Source: Corallochytrium limacisporum Hawaii (taxonomy: Eukaryota; Protista; Pluriformea). From it: a DNA stretch of 64,000 nt. The notes below the pieces were generated by a model that saw only the letters and a list, made by a program, of their open reading frames with translations, did not search any database and had not been told where the DNA came from. Within the stretch, counting starts at the first letter, position 1. Every line of letters begins with the position of its first letter. The stretch covers positions 107,417 through 171,416 of the forward strand of contig PDIP01000022.1 of the NCBI GenBank assembly GCA_002811645.1, in the 5' to 3' direction. Made by a program: the position numbers and the translations under genes. This document shows, one piece after another, positions 33,901 to 45,800 of this stretch.

Positions 33901-34857
33901 TCGCTTACGCTGCCATTTTGCAGCTTCTGAAAACACGTTGTTCAGTTCTGTATCCAGTTTCGGGTCTTTGCTCACTACAATTCTCAGCAACGCACACAAC
34001 TGGTCATTGATGCTCAAATGCATAAGAAGCTGTCTGACATACTGCAGATGCAGACCTGTTTGGTTGTCTGTGGCCATGAGGTCGAGCATGAGTGCCGCAG
34101 TGTCCCCATTCGCTTTTTCGTCTCCCGCCTTCATTGCGGACACCGCCCAGGAAAGCAACAATACCAACGTTTCCACCACGGCCCTGCCAACAGAAAGCAC
34201 GCACGAGATATCGTCATTCAGAACTTCACCATCGTCTTCCTTCTTAAGAGAAGTGAAGCGTAACGCTGGCATGCGATAGGACGCAATCTGTGCCTGGAAA
34301 ATTTGCATGAACGGCTTCAGACTTGCGCTAATTGCTCCTTCTTCGTCGGTACTGTCGGTATCAAAGAGTCCCGACTGCCCAACATTGTGCAATGCCCTCA
34401 GAATCACGTGTGTTCCCAATAACTGTGTATCCAAAAGTGCAATCAAGTAGTCAAATAACACCGGTGACGGCTCACTATCCCGCGACAACACAAGCTGCAG
34501 CAAGTCTTCAAGTGCAAGCTGTAGGGTGGGCTCGTCAAAGTGAAACTTATTTGCCTCGCCATTGGTCCGAGTGTCCATACCATTATCTACGCCATTATAG
34601 TGCCGAAAGCGTCCCGTACTTTCTGTGCCATTGGTTGTGCCCGTTTCTTTCGTGCAGTACCGATTCAGTACATACTCCACTGATTCGACAAAGACCTGTG
34701 AATCCCTCTGTGACCGCCAGCACCCAAGGGCCAGTCGCCTCAGTACCTTTGCACTGGCATCTGTGGTACCGTCCAAATCTGCACCCGTCAATGACTTTCG
34801 CACCAGCACGGCGGCGTCAGGTCCTTCGTCATTGACCGAAAGTTTACGCTTCACCAT
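30925..34857 (-). CDS. MED24: Probable Mediator tail subunit MED24/Med5 (1310 aa from first ATG)
   Basis: N-terminal LALGCWRSQRDSQVF...PSPVLFDYLIALLDTQLL resembles the MED24/Med5 N-terminus; large helical protein. The ORF-track start at 34887 is GTG. Confidence 0.6.
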   Translation of the reverse strand: MVKRKLSVNDEGPDAAVLVRKSLTGADLDGTTDASAKVLRRLALGCWRSQRDSQVFVESVEYVLNRYCTKETGTTNGTESTGRFRHYNGVDNGMDTRTNGEANKFHFDEPTLQLALEDLLQLVLSRDSEPSPVLFDYLIALLDTQLLGTHVILRALHNVGQSGLFDTDSTDEEGAISASLKPFMQIFQAQIASYRMPALRFTSLKKEDDGEVLNDDISCVLSVGRAVVETLVLLLSWAVSAMKAGDEKANGDTAALMLDLMATDNQTGLHLQYVRQLLMHLSINDQLCALLRIVVSKDPKLDTELNNVFSEAAKWQRKREDKDMLSGIGDKTMEFGTLAYRILGRRFDDRSQLSLPIAVPTSAADHTASHGIKHQHHHHHAHHDDTILSHDATPAIAALILLDFHGPLSVRGGPGQISRQLHSIGRLAGMGSETLVYAMYHTILGAAQVVYSGATAPDGMIPAPVRRNAAAAYERLMHYAQSRLIFIIQEWYNGFDDSEVGKAARIHLKEAIDRALRTLSRLVHCRTLPARLGGPDGEEKVDTAIEYVQKAMNRQFVGATKGAGEDEDTMAVDDSGEQGLHTALVALVVTAQKGDDITSAKDKVLSFLGDDRVSALGAMRSVVKDHRSAGVDAIVRSLATLSRLGDTSGDFASITAVVGVDERLKVAYLESLLDATVLEGVLWAGRLSSLLSSMKHLGRFCLNSGTGDSAVEILDIVFAVHRSALSVAGDHGPHPHVDVSALSGTIGASLKNQGCATTGLELLKELGVEVADEPESERTELVNYLVGDTDSIGTLDQPKAYATLLTDLHRVNKTAVALGNAIQAKDGMAAVESLEFDTAPLPAIYRRLLELLTRLPYLGLVLMEQMVNDSDSATGQSSHGWSQISRRWLVDLEPAAPNAADSHADDMGATIRQASVSFPLGLGLVLCTLSMPMPEDLPVKNVVGAHFVCESVWHSITLELYRGDAVFKVTLPDVLLAAANPAYHGGSTAQSFEAQRQQQQVYARELDSVLQSCWFPSGFAALDLLCHPERPEPGHSPGALAGWFDRIRRREECCWEHWEAVQSLWEALPSADVARCLTRTIIDKEGAEGGPGQQAAQVQQQSGGMPLSTGVLLFAPDYAPVNHARELDTLTLAGTMIASLGLDAVKAVVEEYEGALMQSGANLSKNALADAFAGLVLHTVYIYMTGEGWMPHKHMHDASEDGNTIHNADDTSEDNDDGMEEAPGFSALAEMFSSFLERTAPLIVNPPTPATISLLCFYRRASNVPGFLRRFRLPQSLLSTFVDEYNAVDILFLNWDLRDSQLLRAVRHLS

Positions 34858-35713
34858 GTTTTCTTTCGTTCCTAATATGCTTGCCACTGTTGTTGCACTT
34901 CTTTATGTAATTGGGTTCCCCTTCATACTTCACCTGAAAAGTGAACAACTTCCCGGATTAGAACTATTTAGAAAATATTTACGTTAAAATCGGGGTTGGT
35001 GTTTTAGATATTTTCCATTCTCATCCTCTGTCGATCCTCAAATACCCTCGCAATGAGACCCCGCAACAACAATAAAAGATGCTGCCCGCCTCAAAGAAAA
35101 TCGATAGGAAGGGTGGGGAGGCCGGCACAAAGCCCCCCGGGCAAACTTCCCCCTCTTTTTCTCGAACCAGGCGGCGCGCAGTACTGGGGAAACAGCCACC
35201 TGCCCGCGTTGTTAACTTTCCCCCTTTGCCAGGGGCCCCTTTTGCCCTTGGGGCCGGGTTGAAGGGGAGAGGTCCCCCGGGGGGGGGGGTTAGCTCCCTC
35301 CCCAACAACAAATTCTCCCATTTCTCCCTCCCTATTTTTACGCGCCGAAAAAAAAAACAAATCGATGAAGTAAGTAAACCTGAATTCTTTGGACATTTTC
35401 GCCTCCACGGTCCCCCCACTCCCCCGACCGAGAAACCATACGGGAGGAGGAGACAGGAAAGGGTTGGGTTGCGTATGTGGGGGTCTTCTATTCAATTTTC
35501 GCTGTAACTGTTCTGCACTCCTGGCCCTTCCCGTGTGGATGGGTTCGGACTATCCCTCTAGGGTGTGTGTGGAAACGAGTAAAGAAATGGGAAACGGATG
35601 GTTAAAAATGATGTATGATCAGTTGGTAGAGGTGTGTATGCAGACGAAACTGTCTTTCCCTATCAAAACGCAAAGTTTTCTGGAGTACGACCAAAAGGGA
35701 GTGTGGATCGCCG

Positions 35714-36490
35714 TCACCCGCGGAGATCGACTGCATTGTTGCCGGTACGGCTGACGCGCTCTCGCAACCATTTCAGGATTGTCTCACCGAGCATGCGTTC
35801 CGATCCACCCCAGAAATGATCAATGTTCTCGTAGAGCTTGTAGCTGAAGTCGCTCGAGCTTTGGCACTGCCGCACGCGATCCGCAAGGTCTCGCATCCAA
35901 CCCTCAAAACTTTTCGCTCCCGTGAAATTGTCTTCCACTCCCATGAGCATAAGCATGGTGCGGTTGGATGCTCCCGTTTGGCTCTCATGGTCGAGCGTCC
36001 AGCGCTCGAGGGGCTTGATAAAATGCGACGATTGACAAAGACTCAGAGCCCAGGAGACGCCGTAGGGGTAGGAGATGCCCACAAAGGAATCAACAGTCCT
36101 GAATTCACTCAGTACCGAGCCACAGACCATAGAACCGTAACTGTAGCCAATGACTGTAATCGGACTGTTGCTGCTCATCTGGACGTGGTCAATCACGGCG
36201 CGAATGTCCTTCTGTTCGGGTTTGCCTGTAAGACTGGACCATCCCTTCGAACCGCCACAGCCGCGGAAGTTGAACCGGATCACAGTGAAACCCGCCCGTG
36301 CCAATGCGTAGAATACACCGATGACCACGTTGTTATCTGCATTGCCTCCGAGTGGACCCCATGGATGGGCAATTATCGCAGTCCGTTCAAGGTTTTGTTC
36401 CGGTACCGCAGCAATTTCAAAGCACTCGATCATAGTGCCGTCCTTGGTTTGGACGCTATAACGCGTCTCTCTGTCTCTAATGCTTCTCAT
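35714..36490 (-). CDS. Alpha/beta-fold hydrolase (258 aa)
   Basis: HPWGPLGGNADNNVV, RFNFRGCGGSKG, nucleophile elbow GYSYG, GVEDNFT, IDHFW catalytic His. Confidence 0.9.
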   Translation of the reverse strand: MRSIRDRETRYSVQTKDGTMIECFEIAAVPEQNLERTAIIAHPWGPLGGNADNNVVIGVFYALARAGFTVIRFNFRGCGGSKGWSSLTGKPEQKDIRAVIDHVQMSSNSPITVIGYSYGSMVCGSVLSEFRTVDSFVGISYPYGVSWALSLCQSSHFIKPLERWTLDHESQTGASNRTMLMLMGVEDNFTGAKSFEGWMRDLADRVRQCQSSSDFSYKLYENIDHFWGGSERMLGETILKWLRERVSRTGNNAVDLRG

Positions 36491-36859
36491 GATTCTTTCG
36501 TTTCCAGTCTCAAGTTTGTTGGAATTTTCAATTCACGGAACCATGGCGTTATTGTCCCTAATCGTACCTTTGGACTGCCAGATTGCTCAATATATTCTTG
36601 TTGTACTCATAAAAACATTGATATATTTTACAAACTTTACAATTGCTTTTTGTTTCCTTTCACTCCGTGTAAACAAAAGGGATCTGAAATAGGGTTTTCA
36701 AACGCTATAGACGACACTGTCGTTTGTTCGACTTCACGCCTGAAGGAGGCTTCAACTCTCCACCCGCTGGATGCCAGCGCTCCTGTCTCACCAAAGTTTT
36801 TTCTTTGCGGGGGTGGGGCACGGTCTACACAAGAACGGCTGGGGAGGGGGAGACGGGTC

Positions 36860-39800
36860 TCAAGGACCCGTGTCTTCGGTGCTCTCTGACGGAAACTGTT
36901 GCCGCCAGCGGCCACTCTCTCCTCCACCACTGCCGCCGTCACCCATACTACCACGACTGGTCACGTTTCTGAGGCTGCTGCTGTTGTTACTCAGATGTCG
37001 CGTGCGAGGAGAAACAGGATTCGGACTCCCAAGGCTGCTACTACTCATGTCTCGGGGGGTACCAACCGCAATGGGGGGAGTCATGGGCAGAACGCCAGAC
37101 AAATTCAGTGTTCGTGGAGAGGCAGGTGGCGACGATGCGTCGGGGCTCAGCATCTGTCTTAGTGGTGTTCCACTGGCGAAATCGGACGAAGCAGACCCGG
37201 ACGGAGGAATCCAAAGGTCCTGCAACCAATCAGTCCAAAGACATCCTGTGCTGATGGAAGAGAAAGAAAGGATTGCGTTTACGACCTCGTCGATGTAAAT
37301 ATTACCCTTGGATGCTCTCGCCATTGCGGGAGACCGTCCAAGTTTGTCGCTGATCTTTTGCTTGAGATCCTGGCGGAAAAGAATCCGCACCGTAAGCAAT
37401 GGCTGTACATCTACGAGTGCAGCTCTTCGGAGCAGCGATGCCTCCACGTCGTACAGGTCCCACCTGGGATCTGTCTCCAGCACAATGGCCGCGCTCTCAG
37501 TATGGGGAGTGATGAGGACGAGCATCTCCCCATTTCGGGTGACGCCATCAGCACTATCGGAAGCGGACATAGACCGGCATAGATCCGGGAAGCGAGAGCG
37601 CAAAAAGTTAAAGCAACCACGCCAGTGAATCGGCATTGTGGCCAGTCTCTGGAGTCGGGGGTCCAATTGTGCGGCATCCACGATCTCCATCTCTTGGCAG
37701 ATTTCCGCGAAGGTGGCACGATTGAGCTCTGCATTTGGTAACTCAGATCGGGCATGATACCAAAATGCGTCCACTGAGTGGCATCGTTGAATGTTATACA
37801 GTAGGTCTGTGACTTTTTCGCGAGTGACCTGCCGCAAGTGCTCAAAACAGGAATCACGGTACTCACGCCTCTGTTGAGACAACGGATGCCCGTCAGGACC
37901 ACCAGTCAAGTGCATCGGGAAGTGATTTAGGAGATCATTGGCTAGCAGATAGGCAGTGAAGTGCAATTTGTTGCGCACTGTGTCCTCTTCCGTATTGTGC
38001 TCATCTCCTTGGAACATAACCAGAACTTGGTATCGATAAGCACACATCGAAATTGCTGCCTGCGCAATCTCCAACCCTTTCGAAGTCCTGGGGGTTCCAC
38101 CGCTTCCGACCGAGTGCGAGGATCCAGACTTACGCACGTCCCTCTCAGAACCAGACTCGATGGTTCCATCCTGATAATCATCAGTGTAGCAAATGAAGTC
38201 TAGTACTTCGCCATTGCCTTTGCTTTTTAGGGGGAGATGATTAAGACGCACAAACTCAAAGTCGGCCGCCCGACGAATGACATAGTCTGTCAGGCTTTCT
38301 CCGTCCGAAGGACGACCTCCCCCGAAGGTGTAGGTTGCACTCCATTTATACAAGAGATTGTTGCAGTAAATTGTGGGCTGCGGGTAATGCATCAGCAAAT
38401 AATCCATGCCCTCGTCTAGTCTGACTCCAGATCCTGGTTGCACCAGCTCCTGGATAAGCGCTTGGAAGAAGTGGATCTGAAAATCGTAGCTAAACGAGCG
38501 CACGTGCAACATCTCCTTGGTTTTCGCAATTTCTTGGTCGAAAAGCTTGCCCAATCGAACATTACGGGACATACCTTTGCGCACCTTTCCGCTTTGCACA
38601 GGTAGACGATCCCTCTGACCGTCCAGTTTGAGTCTCATGATCTCCAAAGCATATATGTTAACGAGGAGGAAATTATCCTGGTAGCCAACTTCGACCAGGA
38701 TGATGCCCCCTGTACTGCCTCTTTGCATGTAACTCCTCACCACCACAAAACCGTCACTTCGACCTGTCTCGCCTCCGACTACAGGATCCAATAACATGCC
38801 ATCGGGCTCAATGGACTTCGAATCCACCATCAAGTGATGTGTGTGCTTGCTTCCAGCCCGTGCTATTGACGGCGTCGCAGTATCAGGATGGTCCATATCA
38901 ATTTGTCCCGCAAAATCCATGCCCACGGACTCTAGATAGCTGAGATAAGTGTTGATTATGTCATCCAACAATTCCAAGTTTTCCTCAGTGTACACGGAGA
39001 GCTGAGTATTGTCGGGCGGCTGCGGTAGGATGATGAGGGGTGCGCGGCAGAAGTGGTGAACTCTGGCCAGGGCAATTGCCATGGGCAGTAAATGAGCTTG
39101 CACCTTCTTGTCAGAGTCGAGTGCCTTCAGGAAGGACTCCGATCGGCTCGACTGCTCAGATCCCAGCTTGTGCATGGCACAAGTGGTCTCAATAAGATGC
39201 TGTGTGATCGGATCATCCAAGAGAGGGTTCCATAGTGGAGGTTTGCTCTTCCACAACGTCGTGTACATGTGCCCACGGAAATTCATCTCTTCCAGAACAC
39301 TTAGCGCAGGAGGTGGTTGTAACTCCCCAAACTGGACCAGGTGCAGGACACCCCGGCCCCGTCCGAGACGCATGACATAATTGGATGTCTCCTCTTTGGA
39401 CAGAGGATCAATCTTGACCTTTAGCATCTGCATGGTGGCAGGTGTAAGCCGGACAGATGAGACACAATCCTGCCGACAACCAGATGGCACCTGCTGCACA
39501 AGGTCGTAAGCTGATATGATTTCGGAACCAGCATGATAGTGGTAGGCCTTTTGCATTGTCAAGGTGTTCAAGCATCTCATACGAATGGCATACCAGCAAA
39601 CATGCCTTGCCAGAACCGTTACGACGCCATCATGCGTGGACCCCCCACGGTCATAAGACATCACGCTGATGTTGTCATTTGTGAAGATGATCACTACCAT
39701 ACCCACACGATGATGGTCAACTTTGAATGTGGACGTCCTTCTGATGGGCTTATCGTCACCACTCTTCCCTGTCGCAGGATTTGCGCTGTCCCACTTGATT

Positions 39801-42800
39801 CCGATCCAATAGTGGAAGCCGTTCAGGTCTTGACCACTCGACAGACTGCCCACCGGGTCACCCTGCAACACAGGCAAAATAAAATGCGGATCGCCAATGG
39901 GCATTGCGGAAAACGAAACCTGATGAAAATCACTCAATTTTGACGACCAACGATCCCGCGCATGGGTCCAGAAGTAGCGTCTGGAAGCCGTGGGTACGAA
40001 CGACGGCAGGGTGCATCTGCGGAACTCTGGTGCCTCAAGGGCCGTCCCCGCGTCGTGGATCGCTGAAATGCTACCCAAGTACGACGGATTCAGGACCCGG
40101 AATGTACGATTTCTGTGTCTTGGTCCAGGTCCATTCTGGGAAGGAGGCAAAGCGATTTCAATGACTGGACTCAATTTGTCCAGACATAATTCTTGAGCGT
40201 AGATACATACAGTTGCCAGTACAAGAGAATTCAAGCCCGCAACAACATTTTCCATATTCGCCCAACCCACAGACCAGATGTGGACCACAATATTGTGAGG
40301 CTCATCGTCGTTCTGAGCAGTAAGATCACCAATGTCCAAAAACTCCTCCGATTCAGTCGCGAATAGCTGTACACGTATGTGACTTAGACCATTTGGTCCC
40401 CCCGTCTCCTTCATGCCCGTCTTACCATATGGCAAGGGCAACTGGCTACAGTGAACATACGACATGCAGTTCGTACTCAGTCTCTCTAACGGCAGAAGTG
40501 TTCCAGTGCGTCCTTCAATTCCGTTAAGTTGCTTCAGGATGCGAAGCACACGGCCTGGATATTTGATGTTTGGAGTTTCCCAGTCATCCGTGTTGACATT
40601 ATCAGATGCGAGTAGCGGCACATCTGGTGTCGTCGCCTCATTTCTGTTTACTATTTCCGGCATGACACTGGTCACCCTCGACAGACGTTCATGGAGGATT
40701 CTCATGAATCTGGGCTCGTGTGTAACCTCCGGGGGAATCGAATAAGAGAGAACATTGTCCGCTGCTTCCTTGCCCTGTTTGATAAAGTCTACATCGTGCT
40801 GATACAGTTTTAGATTCTTGTTGCGTATCAACATTGTGGACAACACAGTGATCACTGCTTGGTCTAGACGCCGTTGCAGCAGCTGAACCATTTCAACAGT
40901 GAGCTCTTCTGGTGCCTCGTCAATGCCTAAAACTTCCAGAAGCAGGCTCTCCCTCGTACCTGGGTCCTCCCCAAACACATCGCTCAGATTCATGGATATG
41001 TGGTCATCCTCTCCCTGAAGCATTTGTAGGTCACTTCTAGACTCGTCAAGCAAAACATCAGGCGTGTTCGGTACAGTTCTCGTTATAGAACTTCTATCCA
41101 AGTCTGTCGATCCACCTTGGTCTTCAAGGTTGCTATCATGCGCTTCACCTGTGCGAACCAATGACTCAGACACTCGAAGGATAAAAATATGGCCAGTCTT
41201 CTCATCTTGGTACACAAAATGATTCCGCACGTTCGTAACTGACATGTTTGCCAAAGTGTTGTTTACCACACCAATGGCTTGAGCGGCTGGTAGTCGCTGA
41301 TGCAGAGGGAGATGCACAGAGAACAGAGTGTCACATTGGAATTCCCCACTTCGCAGTGGTTGAGCAGGACTGTTGGCAGGATTCATTAGTTTTCGCGGCC
41401 GGTCAGGACTCGCTGTTGAGAGTGGATTTCCAGCTGGCATAAGCATGGGTGACATGTGATGGGTTTCGTGCAGCTCCCGCAAAAGCGTGCCTTGGTTGAT
41501 ATGCTTAACAATTGCTCGAATCTTGTCCGCAACAATTCCCGTCAGGAGTACAGACTGTACCTCGATTCCGTGCACTGGTTGGTTGTACTGATGGAGCCAT
41601 GCCCGATCGCTTTCAAACTCGACGACAAGCATGTATCGCTGCATGGTCGTCGGCTGGTGGTTCCCAGAGACATCCTCACCGGGTAACTGAACTTGCTCAC
41701 ATCCAAGCTCGGTCACTGCCTCTGATGATCCTGTAGGACCTGTGAACTGAGATCCGACGTCCTGCATTGAGGTGTCGACGGATCTGTAGCCGGAGATTTC
41801 GCTGCCAGCCAGTTCCCCATGACCTGCTACTGCAAGTCTGTCCGATGCTTTGGATTGCTTGCGTGGAAAGACTATGGGAACTTCATGCGAGCCGGAAAGC
41901 ACAGCGATCTTCCCCTGGACGATCCAGTCCTTGCCAAGAGGGGGATCCCGCTTCAAGCCCTTCATGATGCTCGATTCCGATCTCTCCAAGGCAAGAAGTT
42001 CCAACTTAATAATGTCACTGGACACTAGATTCGATATCGGTGAATGTGTGCGGAAGTGACGCGCAGCAAAGTGTAAGTCATTTCCTGACAAAGTCCCTTC
42101 CACCATCATCTTGTCAATTTGCTGGTGATCCACTAGCCATCTCAAATCCGCATGCAGCTGAATGGCGAGTAGCTTCTGATCCAAAGGAAGCACCTGATCA
42201 TTATCGTCGTTGTCATTCGGAATCTCAGGACCTTCACTGTCTACGTCCGAGTGCTTGTGGTCAGTTTCGCTGAGCATATAGCTATCCAAACTTTCTCCAG
42301 ATCTCTCACTTATACTACCACCTGAGCCAGAGCGAGTGGGTCGGTGAGACTGCCTTCCATTCAGCTTTTCCAATTGTACATCTTCTGAAATGTCCTCTGG
42401 CACAATAAACACCAGACAAAGCGTCACATCTACACTTGGATCATTCAAATCGAAGTCTTTGAATTCTGGCAATGACAAGCAGTCCTTAATGCCTTCTAGA
42501 AGACTCGTGACATGCCGAGTATAGAAGAAAGATTTTCCATCTCGGTTTCCTTGGCGAAAAACGCACTCAAATCTGAGAAACAGCGGCTTTAGCTCATGGA
42601 AGCCAGTTTGCAGGGCTGAGGAATCACCAGTGTCTTTGTTGGCGCTCACTAGAGCCGGATCTGCTACATGCCTTACTTGCTTTGCGCTGATGACGTCCTC
42701 AAATATTGCGGAAAGGCACGGAGGATTTGTAAAGTAGAAGAGCCCTGCAGTGGTCGGTACAAAATTTCGCTCAACTACAGTCTGGAAATGCTTGGCGAAC

Positions 42801-45800
42801 ATACTTGCGTGCACGGATGCATTTGCCGTCTCTACAACACCCGTCCCTTCAGATGCGGGAGTTGTGAGCATTCGTCGCACAAAGGAAGTGATGTCAATCT
42901 CAAAGTCAATCTCATTTCCGTGCCTGGTGATCCTCTCCACGTCCTCCTTTGCAAACTGAATACCCATCTGCATGCATACGTAAGCAGTATCGATCAGACT
43001 GCGCACGTGCAAATGCTTCAAGTGATCTGCAGTGTTCTGCGCTTCTCCATCGTCAGATAATTCGAGGTTGATATCTCGGTCTTCTGAAGGACTGGGAGAC
43101 AATAGTCCGCCTCCGGAAACCTTAAGCGACGTACTTTCCTTTGCTCCCGTCTCTAGCATTGCCTCAATGATTGGAGGTGTCATCTCAGTAAAGCCCACGG
43201 TGAATGGAAGCTTCCTTTGATCAGCCAATGTAGAGCACGGTTGTGATGAGTTGGGAATGACAACCATGATAATGGTGCCATCTGGTCTTGCCTTCACCAA
43301 AATATCAATGATGACATTGTCGCTGGAGATGGCATCATCTAGTAGCTTGTCCATATCCACCGGCTCAGAGGTTCGCCGTTCCAAACGCTTCAAGATTGTC
43401 AACAGCGCATCTTGCGCATGTGCTTGTCGGCAACGCAGGTGTACATAGCCTGCATCGATAACGTGACGTAAGAACACTTGGCGGGTCATCCATACAAGTT
43501 CTAACTGCGCAAGGGCCGCATCAGCATGAGCCTTCTGCTGACTCTCAGCTTCGTTTAAGTTAATCAGGGAAGGAGATGTCTTTGTGATCCATGACCGCTC
43601 ATGACTGAAGTTTAACTCAGTAAATCGGTGCAGTTGAACATTTGCACCTTGTACAAGTGTCGCAACAGATGGCTTGACATGGAGCACACCTTCATAGGCA
43701 GGCACCTTAAACTTGTCATCAAAAATCAAAGAATCTGGGAATCCGTGAGCGGCCACAATGTTCAACGCATCAAAGGTGACAATCAAGCGAAGCAGGCGTA
43801 CGTCTTCCTCCAAGATGACTTCAGGGATCTGATGCCATTTCAGTCCTCGCACATTTCTGTCATCACACAGGCCACTTTGCGGCTCGATCCAAATCCCCAC
43901 AGTCAACGAGTTTATGTCATCCTCTGTGGGTCGGCAGATGGTCACCTGGCAGATGGCCGGCGTGTCACTTTCTTCAGCAGTCAAGAATCCTATTGCTGTT
44001 TCCTTTGAGAATTGCAAGACCTTAGCCAAAGTCACGTACGTATCAGTCTTTGCGACTGGTGCATACGCCTCACTCAATCGGTTGCCCAGAACAATTCTGA
44101 CGTAATAGTCCATGTTTCTCGAGGGCACCCTACTCTTGCACTTCGTGATCACCTCACTCATGGAAGTGAAATCCAACTGGACTACTCGTCGCTGCTGAAG
44201 ATTGCTGAGTAACGGTGGTTCGTACTGAGTACCATCAATAGACGGCACAATCATGGACTTAATGTCACGTGCGGCCTCATCGGCAGCTGCCTTTCTAGCA
44301 ATGCCGAAACGCAGAAGATTGGAAGACATTTCCGTGATCAACGGCAGGTACACGTTCGAGCCCCACGCTCCTGTGGTGTTCCCAAGCTGTCGAACTCGAT
44401 GTCTGATTTCCCGTAATGTTTCATTAAACAGAGCACCGCTGGCATTGAACATGCCAATCATCATCTCAGTCATGAGTGGAGTCACTTTGCTCAATCCAAG
44501 GACGCAAAAGCCGGTTACACCTATGCTCTCATCCTTGATGTACCTGATGTAAATTTGGTTGCGAATGAGCACAATATTGCACCAGTCGCGAAGCATACTG
44601 TAAAGCGCATTCTGTGAGGTGTCCGTGGAGACCTTACTTGTCCACACTGTGTCCGTCTCGGTAGCCTTGCTCGCATATAGGACCATAATGCGCTTGATAT
44701 CCAGGACGTGATACCACATGTGGTAGGGCATTTGTACCAGCACTTTCCAGTAGCTGATGAACTCAGAATCTTGACCTTTCAAGCCAGCAAAGCTAGGCTT
44801 GATTAGATTCTTCAGGCGCTGGAACGACTTGGCTACCTCTGGCACCGGCTGCGTATGAATGTTTTGGCCCTGCGATGTGCTATAAAAGAGACCGTTTTCC
44901 GAGCGTAGAACCATGGTTTTTGACCCCGACCTGAAGTTGGTGAATTCGCTGAAGTGCTTTAAAAGTTTGTCGCAACTGATAATCATGTCCAGCATGACTT
45001 TAACTTCTGGGCTCCGGTCTTCAGCGTCTTTGGCCTCCAGGGTACTCACGTTAATCCACGCCTCACCGATGGCATACGGACCATGGCTAGTCTTACTCCG
45101 GATTCGATACTCAATTCTAAGCCCTGTGTTTAGTGGCAACTGCAGTACCGCTTCCATAACTGTCGGAGAAGATTCATTTTCGCTATCGAGAGGTGCTGTT
45201 TCGGGAGATACATACGGTTGGAACTGAATCAGGAAGAAACCTTCCACAGCACGCGACGCGATCAAGGTCCTTATACTACACGGCAAGACATAGCTTTTCC
45301 TTGGTTTGCGGGTCATGCGATCAAAGTCGCGCATGAACAGGTTGCTCTCACTGAACCAATCGACGTGCTGATATTTCATGATCAGAGCTCGGCGACACTC
45401 TCTCGTCAATGGTTTGCAATAGAGAGCAGTTGGAAAGGGATCCAACATCGCTGTGTTTTGGTCATCATTGATTGTCTCCAGCAGAAACAAATAACCACCG
45501 AGACGACCAGCAAGCAATCGATGACTGTCCATCTCAGGCACCAGCCCAAACGCGGAAGTGCCAATTTCATGTGCTAGGTTGGAAGTAATCACAGAAGTTC
45601 GCACACCTAACCGATGAAACTCAGCTTGTGCGTTGCCAAACTGTATCCTTCCGTCACCAAGGGCGCGACAAGAATCTACCATGAATAGAGCCACTGGGTC
45701 CGCCGACCCGCGCATGCTTTCGACGGTGGCGGACAAGGACTCTAGGTACTTGTGTGTTTCAGTCTCGAATCTTTCTTCATAAGTTTTTGACTTTGCGCTT

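Noticed and set aside
35816-36889. 357-aa plus-strand ORF
   Set aside because: Antisense shadow of the alpha/beta hydrolase; no motifs
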